Below, piece by piece: positions 1 through 10,420 of a stretch of 64,000 nt of DNA. The stretch lies in IMG/VR virus record IMGVR_UViG_2690316030_000001; one strand, written 5' to 3'. Numbering within the stretch: position 1 is the first letter of the stretch; each line of letters opens with the position of its first letter. The notes below the pieces were generated by a model, which worked only from the letters and a program-made list of their open reading frames with translations, had not been told where the DNA came from and made no database searches. The translations under genes were made by a program, and so were the position numbers. This DNA comes from an uncultured virus (IMG/VR IMGVR_UViG_2690316030_000001). Its lineage: Duplodnaviria; Heunggongvirae; Uroviricota; Caudoviricetes.

Positions 1-1872
<1,872 letters not shown>

Positions 1873-2161
1873 TACCTGCGCTAACTAAGTAAATTCTTAG
1901 CTCGCAGGTGACCCGCCGTACGAGGGGCGGGCGGCAACTTCCAAGGTCGTCGATCGCGCAGTCTGGTGACGAATCAGCACCAGAGTTCTGCGAAATCTGG
2001 TGTCTTTCAAGGGGTATCACTACATGCCGGATAGTTTCAATGTGACGCAAGGGGTGTGTCGCCTACGGGTGTGAGCTTGGTTGTAAACAAGCGGAGCCGC
2101 ACGCGGTGGGATATCGGAGTTGGTGTTGGCGGGCGGGCCTAGTAGAACTAGGTGATCTATG

Positions 2162-2238
2162 GCCCCCATAGCCCAATTGGCAGAGGCAGCGGACTTAAAA
2201 TCCGCCAAGTGTCGGTTCGAGTCCGACTGGGGGCACCA
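2162..2238 (+). tRNA. tRNA-Leu(TAA); probable prophage integration site
   Basis: Acceptor stem GCCCCCA/TGGGGGC, anticodon arm GCGGA-CTTAAAA-TCCGC, T-arm GGTTCGAGTCC, encoded CCA. Confidence 0.95.
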
Positions 2239-2253
2239 GGTCAGGCGCCACTT

Positions 2254-2285
2254 AGTGTAGCCTCACTGTACTCATTACTGTACCC
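2254..2285 (+). promoter_or_regulatory. Putative integrase arm-type binding sites at the left attachment junction
   Basis: Three direct repeats AGTGTAGC / ACTGTACT / ACTGTACC at 2254, 2265 and 2277 (11-12 bp spacing) next to the tRNA end. Confidence 0.5.
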
Positions 2286-2373
2286 GATCGAAAGGCCGCA
2301 CACCTTACGTGTACACCTCGCGTGCGGAACGCATCCATCTGTCGGGCCATCGGCCATTTAATGAGCTGCTGAG

Positions 2374-3147
2374 CTAGGGGCAGTCAGGGTAGATGGCCAT
2401 CGCGGTGCGTACGAACTCCACAGCCTGATCCAGTGGAGTATTCGTCTCCGCGCTGAGGGACTGCTGTACGAACTGCACGGTGTTGCCCTGAGTGAGTAGT
2501 GAGCATGATTGCCGTGCGTTGTGGGTCATCCCGTTCGCATCGGTGATAGTCCAGCCCAGTGCCCGCATCTTGCTCAAGAATTTCTGGTCGTAGACGGCAG
2601 GCTGCGGCGCGGCGGGTTTCGGGCAGTAGTGCTCGAGCGCCGCGGTCACGATGATCCGGGCTTTGTCGTACGGGTAAGCGGTCCGGTTTTCGGCGATAGT
2701 CATAGCCAGGTCGACTATCTGCATGGACGGGTTGTCGCGGTGGGTGACGCAGGTGGCTTGCCCCATCTGGATGAGTGACGCGCGATTTACGTCCGAGACC
2801 GGGATTCCTTGGCTGAAGACATCCGCTAGGTATGCGTCATCGACGGGTGATTTCGGATCTGCCGCAACAACCTTCGGCGGCTCGGCGACGACGGTGGTCG
2901 GCGGCATGGCAGTAGGTTTTGGGCTTTGATGAAAGAAGACATACGCGCCACCGGCAACCAATCCTGCGACCGCTGCTGTAGCGGCGAAGATGACCCCGCT
3001 GATCAACCAGTTGCGCCGGCGGGGATCGTCGTACGGTTCAGGCTCTTCGAGCTCGTCGGTGTCAGACCAGGCGGTGGGTGCGGTCTCCACTACGCCGGTT
3101 TCGGCCAGAGCGGCAGGCGACACCATTGTCGGCTCTTGCTCTTCCAT
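2374..3147 (-). CDS. Membrane-anchored protein with two DUF732-like domains
   Basis: One TM helix, Pro-rich linker, two repeats of the D-x-x-Y/F-L...C...C-P pattern; RBS GGAGG. Confidence 0.75.
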   Translation of the reverse strand: MEEQEPTMVSPAALAETGVVETAPTAWSDTDELEEPEPYDDPRRRNWLISGVIFAATAAVAGLVAGGAYVFFHQSPKPTAMPPTTVVAEPPKVVAADPKSPVDDAYLADVFSQGIPVSDVNRASLIQMGQATCVTHRDNPSMQIVDLAMTIAENRTAYPYDKARIIVTAALEHYCPKPAAPQPAVYDQKFLSKMRALGWTITDANGMTHNARQSCSLLTQGNTVQFVQQSLSAETNTPLDQAVEFVRTAMAIYPDCP

Positions 3148-3171
3148 GAGCCCTCCCTTGACCTGCACATT

Positions 3172-3339
3172 TTACGCGCGATCAAGGTTTGTCTGGAACG
3201 TTTCCTGCCATTCTTTCTCCAGCCTCTCGTGCAGTTTCTTCCATTCGCGCTCGTTGTGGCAGTACACCCACCAGTTGGCCAGCCCAATCAACAGCATTAG
3301 GGGGATGGATGACAATGACCACCATGCTTCAGTGCTCAT
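3172..3339 (-). CDS. Small membrane protein, 55 aa (MSTEAWWSLSSIPLMLLIGLANWWVY...)
   Basis: Read manually; ATGA overlap with the upstream gene, one TM helix and a charged tail. Confidence 0.6.
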   Translation of the reverse strand: MSTEAWWSLSSIPLMLLIGLANWWVYCHNEREWKKLHERLEKEWQETFQTNLDRA

Positions 3340-3548
3340 TCGGGTTCATCAAAATCGTTCAGGCACACCGGGTCGCGCAGCTCCAGTAGCGCTCGATACT
3401 CGCCGTCTTGGTAGACAACGATGTTTCCGGTGCCATTAGCCGAACGTCCTAGCGTCGCCCCCGGCCAACGTATGTCGATAATCCCTAGCCAGTGGATGAG
3501 TTCGGCTAGCGAGAAACGCCCTCTAGTGAGGATGTCTGAATCTTCCAT
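3336..3548 (-). CDS. Hypothetical protein behind repeat element copy 1
   Basis: ATG directly follows the 42 bp element. Confidence 0.65.
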   Translation of the reverse strand: MEDSDILTRGRFSLAELIHWLGIIDIRWPGATLGRSANGTGNIVVYQDGEYRALLELRDPVCLNDFDEPE

Positions 3549-3590
3549 CCCTCAATTATCCGGCGTTTCAACCGGAGTCGCGGTGTCTAG
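3549..3590 (-). repeat. 42 bp start-associated element, copy 1
   Basis: CTAGACACCGCGACTCCGGTTGAAACGCCGGATAATTGAGGG then ATG. Confidence 0.9.
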
Positions 3591-5680
3591 GGCACCGCCA
3601 CTCGTTGCCGCTTCTTGAGCGCCAGAGCCCGCTTTTCAACGATGAACCAGCTCATCGCTGCCAGCGGCAGGGTTAGCAAGGTCGCCAGAATAAAGAATGG
3701 GAACACCCCGAGTGTCCCAAGGCCGATGATGACGAGTAGCTGTTGGATTGGGAAGGCGTAGATGTACACCCCGTAAGAGAGGTCGTTGCGCAGGTTCGGG
3801 CGTTTGAGCATAGCGCCGGAAGCTATAACGAGGTACGCCAAGGGGATTGCTGCCAACACCCGATAATTCGGTAGCAGCCCGGAGATAAGCACCACTCCTG
3901 CTGCTAAGGCAATGAGCGACCAGCGGGCGGGGATCTTGTCTTGGTATTGGTAGATCAACGCCCCGGCCGCGAACATCACCGCGAACCGGGTAACCATCTG
4001 GGGGATGGTTTGCATCGCGAACGCCGGATACCCGAACACCGCCGTCCCGCACAGTGCGAGGACGAAAGCTACGGGGATGGTCGAGCGGTATTTCAGCAGC
4101 CCTGTGACGCCGAGGATGGCGACGAAGATGTAGCAGCCCATCTCAAAGGTGAGGGTCCACAAAGACCCGTTCCATACCCCCGGCCACGGCACATCCTGGG
4201 GTGTCCCACCAATCCCCGGATAGAAGGGGTTCAGCAGTCCGCCGTTGATGATGTAGGCGACCGCCGACATGGGGCTGGGCATCGTCCCGTGCTTGATCCA
4301 CACACTTACCGGTGCGATCACAAACGCGGTGATCAGTAGGCACACCCACAGCCCGGGAAAGATCCGTAAACAGCGGGCGGTGAAGTACGTCTTCGGATTA
4401 GGGTGCCGCATCCAACTGGACGTGATCAGAAACCCGGCTCTTCATGATTGAGGGTGTAGAACGGTCAGCTGCTGTCGGCCTGTGATTGGGGTGTCTGGTT
4501 GGCTGGGTGTGTGCCGGAGGAGAAGCGGAAGAGTAAGAGGAAGAGCGCGGTGTCCGGGGGTGGTGTGGACCTGTCGATGCTGCAACAGCTGATGGCCGAT
4601 GCTGGCCGGGATTTGTTCGCGGGAGTGTTCGATGAACCGACACCCGAGGTGGGAGCTGTGCCGGAGCGTGTGCGGGGTTTCCGGGTGCGGGTCGACCTGA
4701 TGTACGCCAAGCCGCCGATCTGGCGTCGTCTGGTCCTGCCGGGTGACCTCGTGCTCGATGAGCTGCATGACGTGCTGCAGGTTGCGATGGGCTGGCAGGA
4801 CGGTCATCTGCATAAGTTCGGTGTCGGGGCGGACCGGCGTACCCGTGCCTACTTCGTCACCAGATTTGATCTCAGCGAAGGCGACGACGGTCTCGTCGAG
4901 GACGGTGTGCGCCTGGATCAGGTGGTCTCCGGTAAGGGCGACCGGTTGTTCTATGACTACGACTTCGGCGACGGATGGGAGCACGTGCTGGTGGTCGAAG
5001 ACGTTCTCGATGATCCACCTTCGGCTCCGGTGTGCCTGGCGGGCAAGATGGCCTGCCCGCCGGAGGATTGTGGTGGCTTGGGCGGCTATGAGGAATTGGC
5101 TGCGTGGGTTCGTGGCGGGTANNNNNNNNNNNACGAAAGCTACGGGGATGGTCGAGCGGTATTTCAGCAGCCCTGTGACGCCGAGGATGGCGACGAAGAT
5201 GTAGCAGCCCATCTCAAAGGTGAGGGTCCACAAAGACCCGTTCCATACCCCCGGCCACGGCACATCCTGGGGTGTCCCACCAATCCCCGGATAGAAGGGG
5301 TTCAGCAGTCCGCCGTTGATGATGTAGGCGACCGCCGACATGGGGCTGGGCATCGTCCCGTGCTTGATCCACACACTTACCGGTGCGATCACAAACGCGG
5401 TGATCAGTAGGCACACCCACAGCCCGGGAAAGATCCGTAAACAGCGGGCGGTGAAGTACGTCTTCGGATTAGGGTGCCGCATCCAACTGGACGTGATCAG
5501 AAACCCCGATACCGCGAAGAACCCATCCACCCCCACTTGGGAAAGCAGTTGAGTGATCGGCCTAGCAGGAATCTCATGGCCGGTTAATGGCCAGGTGTGC
5601 CAAAGGATTACAGAGGTAGCGAGAATGAGCCGCCACGCATTGAGCGCGTTGTTACGCGGATCGAACACCCGTCCCAGCAC
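3587..5680 (-). CDS. Acyltransferase-3 (OafA-like) membrane O-acyltransferase; appears split by an IS end, an N-gap and a duplicated segment
   Basis: Motifs NALNAWRLILA, VDGFFAVSGFLI, RCLRIFPGLW, NGSLWTLTFE, DLSYGVYIYAFP, SWFIVEK; 5680-5507 joined to 4435-3587 gives one intact ORF. Confidence 0.88.
4436..5121 (+). mobile_element. IS1096-like (ISL3 family) insertion sequence, one end only
   Basis: Begins GGCTCTTCATGATTGAGGGTGTAGA (ISL3/IS1096-type terminus); the same sequence starts at 28969 in a different target; ends at an N-gap. Confidence 0.8.
4499..5121 (+). CDS. pRiA4b ORF-3 family / IS1096 passenger TnpR protein (partial)
   Basis: PPIWRRLVLP, LHDVLQVAMGWQDGHLHKF, YDYDFGDGWEH, ACPPEDCGG. 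Confidence 0.85.
5133..5506. repeat. Duplicate of 4062-4435 (probable scaffolding artefact / empty-site allele)
   Basis: Apparently identical 374 bp starting immediately after the N run. Confidence 0.85.
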
Positions 5681-5773
5681 TGCCCCTCCAAACCCCGGTC
5701 CGCTGGACTGTACGCCTAAACAAGATCACCCACAGCCATTTCACAGCAGGGGCGAAAAGGGTATGAATATCGG

Positions 5774-6547
5774 ATGCCTTTTGTCGACGTGAACGGTCAG
5801 AGAATCCACTACACCGATAGTGGGGAAGGGCCTGTCATTGTGGCCACCCATGCCACCTTGATGGATACGGTTTCCTTGGAGCCGTTGACTTCCCGGCTCC
5901 CCGGCCGAGTTGTTTAATTCGACCTACGCGGCCACGGTAAGACCGTGTACGACAAGCAGCCCTATGACTACAACGATGTCGCCGAAGACGTTTTAGCCCT
6001 CGTCGACCACCTCGGGATTACGACATTCACCTTCCTGGGGGAGGGGCAGGGCGCGGTCGTCGCGTTGCGCACCGCCCTTAAAGCTCCAGATCGGGTTGAG
6101 CGGCTGGTCCTGATCGGCCCTACAGCTGATGCGCCGTCGGTGTCGGAGAACGCGGCACTGGACGCTGCGATGGATATCTGGTGCACCACCGGCCCGGACC
6201 CATCGGTGTATGCGCGGGTGGCCGAGCACGCCACCGGAACCCCGGAGGACGCCGCGGACCTACTGCAACGGTGGACGGATTCGGCATGGAAGGACTACCG
6301 GCCCGCCGCAGATGCTCTCGCCAATCGGACACGGTTCGTTGATGAGCTGCCCAAAATCACCTGCCCCGCTCTCGTGGTGCACGGGTCAGCGGATTTCTTT
6401 GTGCCGGCGGTGTTCGGCAAGGAGGTCGCAGACAACCTCGGCGGACCTACCACATGGGTGGAGATCCCCACGCAGGAGCAGGCGATCACTATGGCGTTTG
6501 ACTCAAGGGTTGGTGATGCGGTTGTTGGTTGGCTTGCCGATCAATAA
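5774..6547 (+). pseudogene. Alpha/beta hydrolase fold protein with an in-frame TAA at 5915-5917
   Basis: MPFVDVNGQRIHYTDSGEGP...RVV*FDLRGHGKT continues in frame into ORF 5945-6547; ITCPALVVHG motif; nucleophile elbow reads GEGQG. Confidence 0.8.
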
Positions 6548-7235
6548 CCGCGCCGAACAGCAGCATCCCCGAGGTGGAGCGGGTGTGCCACGCCCTCATG
6601 TCCACGGTCAGGAGTTCACGGCTTTCCAGGTCACGCAGAATCCATGGCCGGGTGGCCGGGTCGACGGGGATGATCTGCGCGTCCCATTGCGTTCGGAACG
6701 CGCGTATCGGCATGAGCGAGCTTATGACTTCTTGGAGTCCGGGGTCTTTGGGTGCGGCGGCAATCCCGAACCGCAGAAGTCCCACGCACCATTCGGAAGT
6801 TTCGTTCCAGTTTTGGATGACATCACGCGCTTTCACTGAGTGGTAATGCCAGTGCACCAGATTTGGTGTCATCCACAAACCGGGAAACAGCCGCCTAAAC
6901 GCTTCATTAGATTCCTGGACCGTCCACCCCGCATCCATCCATGCCGCGGGGTGCGGCTCAATAGCCTGCAAATAGGAAGCGATGTCGACCACTCCTGTCG
7001 ATTCGGCACTCACCCGACCCCCTAGTGCGTAGAGGTACTGAATCTCCCACGAGCTTAGGTTCAGTGCCCTAGTGAGGCTGTCGAGGCCATTGCCGGTTGC
7101 GGTGCGCCTACCTGCCTCGAAATGTTGTATTTGACCGACGGTATAGCCGGTCCGTTGAGCCAGCTGTCGCTGCGACATCTGAGCCCGATCTCGTACCGCC
7201 CGCAAAAACTGGCCTTGGCTGTGACCAGAGACCAT
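6489..7235 (-). CDS. MmyB-family transcriptional regulator (XRE HTH plus PAS-like ligand-binding domain)
   Basis: N-terminal SQRQLAQRTG...HFEAGRR HTH; C-terminal PHPAAWMDAGWTVQESNEAFRRLF...NWNE...FRTQWD. Confidence 0.8.
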   Translation of the reverse strand: MVSGHSQGQFLRAVRDRAQMSQRQLAQRTGYTVGQIQHFEAGRRTATGNGLDSLTRALNLSSWEIQYLYALGGRVSAESTGVVDIASYLQAIEPHPAAWMDAGWTVQESNEAFRRLFPGLWMTPNLVHWHYHSVKARDVIQNWNETSEWCVGLLRFGIAAAPKDPGLQEVISSLMPIRAFRTQWDAQIIPVDPATRPWILRDLESRELLTVDMRAWHTRSTSGMLLFGAVIDRQANQQPHHQPLSQTP

Positions 7236-7259
7236 GATCCAACTTTAAAGCAACTTCAA

Positions 7260-7285
7260 GGGGGGCTACAGATCTGTAGCCCCCC
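7260..7285. promoter_or_regulatory. Perfect 26 bp palindrome, probable operator
   Basis: GGGGGGCTACAGA-TCTGTAGCCCCCC between divergent genes. Confidence 0.7.
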
Positions 7286-7520
7286 AACCTATTGACCACT
7301 GTGACTGGTGGTGCTTTGGTTTCTATCAGGTGAACAACAGCTCACAGCCTGAAGTTGTTGCGAATCAATACATCTCAACTAGATGGACGCTGCGACCTGC
7401 TGGTCTGGCGCCCAGTGATCAAGCACACCATTTTTCGCTATAAGAGGAGCAAATCGTGCTCGAAAACCCCACCCGGACACCTGAATCGGGATTCACCATA
7501 GTTAGTGGTCGGGGGACCAC

Positions 7521-8279
7521 ATGTCGGCTCTCTGGGGGCGGTCCACGGTGGTCACTCCCTTAGTTGTCTTCACGCTCGCAACGATCTGCTGGTCCCTCTG
7601 GGTTCGTTGGGCGACATGGCACTGCCCCGACGAAATCGCCGCCACCTTGAACATCGCCCTTCAAGGTGGCGCGGTATTTCTCATGAGCCCCTTCGTAAGC
7701 AACACCATCGGCCACTGGCTCTACAGGGCCACCGGGTGCTGGAACTTGGAAGACATGATCGGCCACGATTTGTACGTCATCGCGGCCTCTGCGATCACGA
7801 TGGACGCCCTCTATCGCCTCGACGTGGATATCGATTGGAAGTTCCGCCGATACGTCGAATGGCCGGCGACCGTCTTCATCCCGTTCCTGCTTCTGGCTTT
7901 CGCCGCGGGAGACGCGGTGCGCTCCTACCATCCCGATTTCTTCCGGGCGCCGGTCACCGATCTTTGGATGCTGGCGTATTGGCTGATTCTGTGTGGACTG
8001 CTGGCGCATCTGTTGGTGTATTCCATGCGGGCGCTCATCCCGCTTTGGATGGACCGCTCAAGCCGGATGATCGCAACGGTCTACATGATCGCCACTGGGT
8101 GTGGGATCACCGCGTGCATCTCACGGATGACTACCGCCACGTTCCTTAATGACAGTCAGCAGGACACCGTGACAGCAGGGTTAGCGGTTTGGATTCCCGC
8201 GGCGCTGTGTGGATCGATATTCGCGGCTGCTGCCGGGCTGGCATGGCTTCAACGTGTACGCCGACTCATCTCCCTTTGA
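7521..8279 (+). CDS. Polytopic (about 7 TM) membrane protein
   Basis: Alternating hydrophobic segments over 252 aa; SD-like GGGGGA. Confidence 0.75.
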   Translation: MSALWGRSTVVTPLVVFTLATICWSLWVRWATWHCPDEIAATLNIALQGGAVFLMSPFVSNTIGHWLYRATGCWNLEDMIGHDLYVIAASAITMDALYRLDVDIDWKFRRYVEWPATVFIPFLLLAFAAGDAVRSYHPDFFRAPVTDLWMLAYWLILCGLLAHLLVYSMRALIPLWMDRSSRMIATVYMIATGCGITACISRMTTATFLNDSQQDTVTAGLAVWIPAALCGSIFAAAAGLAWLQRVRRLISL

Positions 8280-8703
8280 GGCGGGCCCGTGTCACCGACC
8301 CGCGCCGCTTGTCCTCCTCGATTTCGTCCGCTTCGCTCGATGCTCGCGGAACCGCGCGCATCTGCTGAAGGGTGGAAAGAAGGATGCTCCGATCCTTCTC
8401 GGACAAGCTGGGGTCAAGTCGGATGGCTTGCTCTGGAGTGGGTGAGTCATAGGTGGGCAGGTTGAAGCCCATAGCCTCGATGGCCGCGACAGCAATCTGG
8501 GATGGTGCGACCCGTAATGCGGCGGCCAGGTCGAGAATGTTCTCTCGCTTGATCGATTCAAGCGGGTTACGGAATCGCGAGATGTTGGACTTTGAAATGA
8601 CACGGCCCTTCTCCTTTGCGTTGCGCACCAGATCTGGGTCGGACCAACTGTTCGCGTCCTTCACGCTCTCCATCAGCTGGTCGAGCTGGTGCCGTGTGGC
8701 CAT
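8266..8703 (-). CDS. Putative immunity repressor (HTH)
   Basis: ISKSNISRFR...ENILDLAAALRVAP XRE-like pattern; divergent from cro-like gene. Confidence 0.65.
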   Translation of the reverse strand: MATRHQLDQLMESVKDANSWSDPDLVRNAKEKGRVISKSNISRFRNPLESIKRENILDLAAALRVAPSQIAVAAIEAMGFNLPTYDSPTPEQAIRLDPSLSEKDRSILLSTLQQMRAVPRASSEADEIEEDKRRGSVTRARLKGR

Positions 8704-8916
8704 GTCGTCACACTCCATCTTTCGTGGTCGTGTCGTCCACTCGCTTGGGCACTGCGATTTCCAAACTGCTGGGCACTAAGAAATCGCCGAATACCCAGTA
8801 GATAGTCGCAGGTCAGCGTCTATCTCGCAAAATACATCTGTGTAGTTTGTTGCGACTTGGGCACCCTCTATGATTTGATGGACAGGAAAGCTGGACACAA
8901 CGGACAGGAAGATGTA

Positions 8917-9234
8917 ATGTCAACGACACCGCAGACCGAACAGCTTGGCGAGGTGTACATGTACGTCAGGGATCACAAGAAGATCGTCCGCCTGATGATC
9001 TGCCAAGAGGTCTCCCAGCGTGAAGTCTCGGCGGCGGCAGGCTGGAAGTCTCACTCCTATCTAGGCCGCATCCTCCGAGGTGAGGTTCGTACGTTGGAGA
9101 CCGATCCGGCACTACGCATCGCCCATTTTCTTAAGGTCCCCGTCGATGATCTTTTCGCGACCAAAGTGGACAGTAAATCTGTCCGTAGCGAACAGGAAAA
9201 AAGTCGGGCGCGGCGCGTTCGGGGGGCGGCATGA
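8917..9234 (+). CDS. Cro-like XRE HTH protein
   Basis: VSQREVSAAAGWKSHSYLGRILRGE...RIAHFLKVPVDDLF; first gene of the rightward operon. Confidence 0.8.
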   Translation: MSTTPQTEQLGEVYMYVRDHKKIVRLMICQEVSQREVSAAAGWKSHSYLGRILRGEVRTLETDPALRIAHFLKVPVDDLFATKVDSKSVRSEQEKSRARRVRGAA

Positions 9235-9563
9235 GTATCGCTATATTCCCCGTAACGCCAGAGATTGCCCAGCAGTGGGTTGACCAAACGGACCCCACTG
9301 AAGTAGCCCAAGCTAGCCCTGCGCATGTTCGGCACTACGCGCAGGTCATGGCCAGGGGTGACTGGATGAGGCCCGCTAAGTCCTCGCCAATCTTGATTGC
9401 GGCCAACGGCAAGAGCGTCATAGACGGCCTACGCCGACTCTTGGCAGTCATCAAGGCTGACGTGCCGGTGAAAATGTATGTAGCCGAAGTTCCTGGCATT
9501 ACTAGGTCTGGATTGCGTGCATTTCGCTTCACGGGAGAGTTGCGACGGATGGCCAAATCATGA
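9231..9563 (+). CDS. Short ParB/Srx-like N-terminal domain protein
   Basis: PILI...VIDGLRRLLAVIKADVPV; coupled by ATGA overlaps. Confidence 0.55.
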   Translation: MSIAIFPVTPEIAQQWVDQTDPTEVAQASPAHVRHYAQVMARGDWMRPAKSSPILIAANGKSVIDGLRRLLAVIKADVPVKMYVAEVPGITRSGLRAFRFTGELRRMAKS

Positions 9564-10420
9564 CCGCAATACTGACAGGCGAAGTGGTCGAGGAGCTTCC
9601 ATCGGAGGTTGAGAGCAAGGTAGTAGCTCTTCGGCAGCTTGATGGAGATTCCCAGGCGGCAGCTGTGACAGTGATGCTCTCACACTCCCGCACGGGACTG
9701 TTGGCCGCTATTGCGGCGCAAGATCTTCCGCAGATAGTGGAGTGGAAAGCCAAGGCGTCCGCCATATCCGAGGTCGCCAAGCAGTTGCGTCTCGGCAAGG
9801 ACATTCAGCAGGAAGCTGCGGAATTTGTGCGTCGCGCCGAACGTGGACTAGGTGTAGGCATCCGCGAAGGGCAGGCGCGAGGTGAAGTGACCTCGCGTGC
9901 TGACAACGATGGAGGTGGGACCCCAACGCCCGGCACGCGAGGATCATGCCCATCGTCTACCGATGTGCGTGATCGTCGGCCAACGCCAACGGATTTCGCC
10001 AAGCAATCTGAGCTCTCCGGTAAGACTGGAGCCGAGGGTATCTACGCCATGACCGATGGCGTCTCTGACGAGCAGTTCGAGGAAGCTCTTACCGAGGCTC
10101 GTGAAGAGGGGAACCTGTCCCGCGCAAACGTGGCTCGCAAGTGCAAGGACAGAGCCCAAGTCGCAAGGGAAGTTGTAGACGCCGGCGATCCGCTGATCGA
10201 CGCCGCCGTGGCCGAGCCTGTCGCCACCAAGTGGCCGTTCCGTAACTCACCCACGGAGTTCCTCGCCGAAATCACCGGCAGCATTGCGGCATTCGCCGAG
10301 AACATCAAATGGATAACCGCCGGTTCCGTAGAACTCGAAGAGCTGGAAGCCCTCACGAAACAAGCACGCGATGCGTGGTCGCGAATCAACAAGCACCTAA
10401 AGGAGATCAACAATGTCTAG
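9560..10420 (+). CDS. Hypothetical phage protein
   Basis: 286 aa ORF overlapping both neighbours. Confidence 0.7.
   Translation: MTAILTGEVVEELPSEVESKVVALRQLDGDSQAAAVTVMLSHSRTGLLAAIAAQDLPQIVEWKAKASAISEVAKQLRLGKDIQQEAAEFVRRAERGLGVGIREGQARGEVTSRADNDGGGTPTPGTRGSCPSSTDVRDRRPTPTDFAKQSELSGKTGAEGIYAMTDGVSDEQFEEALTEAREEGNLSRANVARKCKDRAQVAREVVDAGDPLIDAAVAEPVATKWPFRNSPTEFLAEITGSIAAFAENIKWITAGSVELEELEALTKQARDAWSRINKHLKEINNV

Noticed and set aside
4442..5680. 412 aa and 303 aa ORFs crossing the N-gap
   Set aside because: Chimeras of acyltransferase and IS sequence created by the scaffold gap
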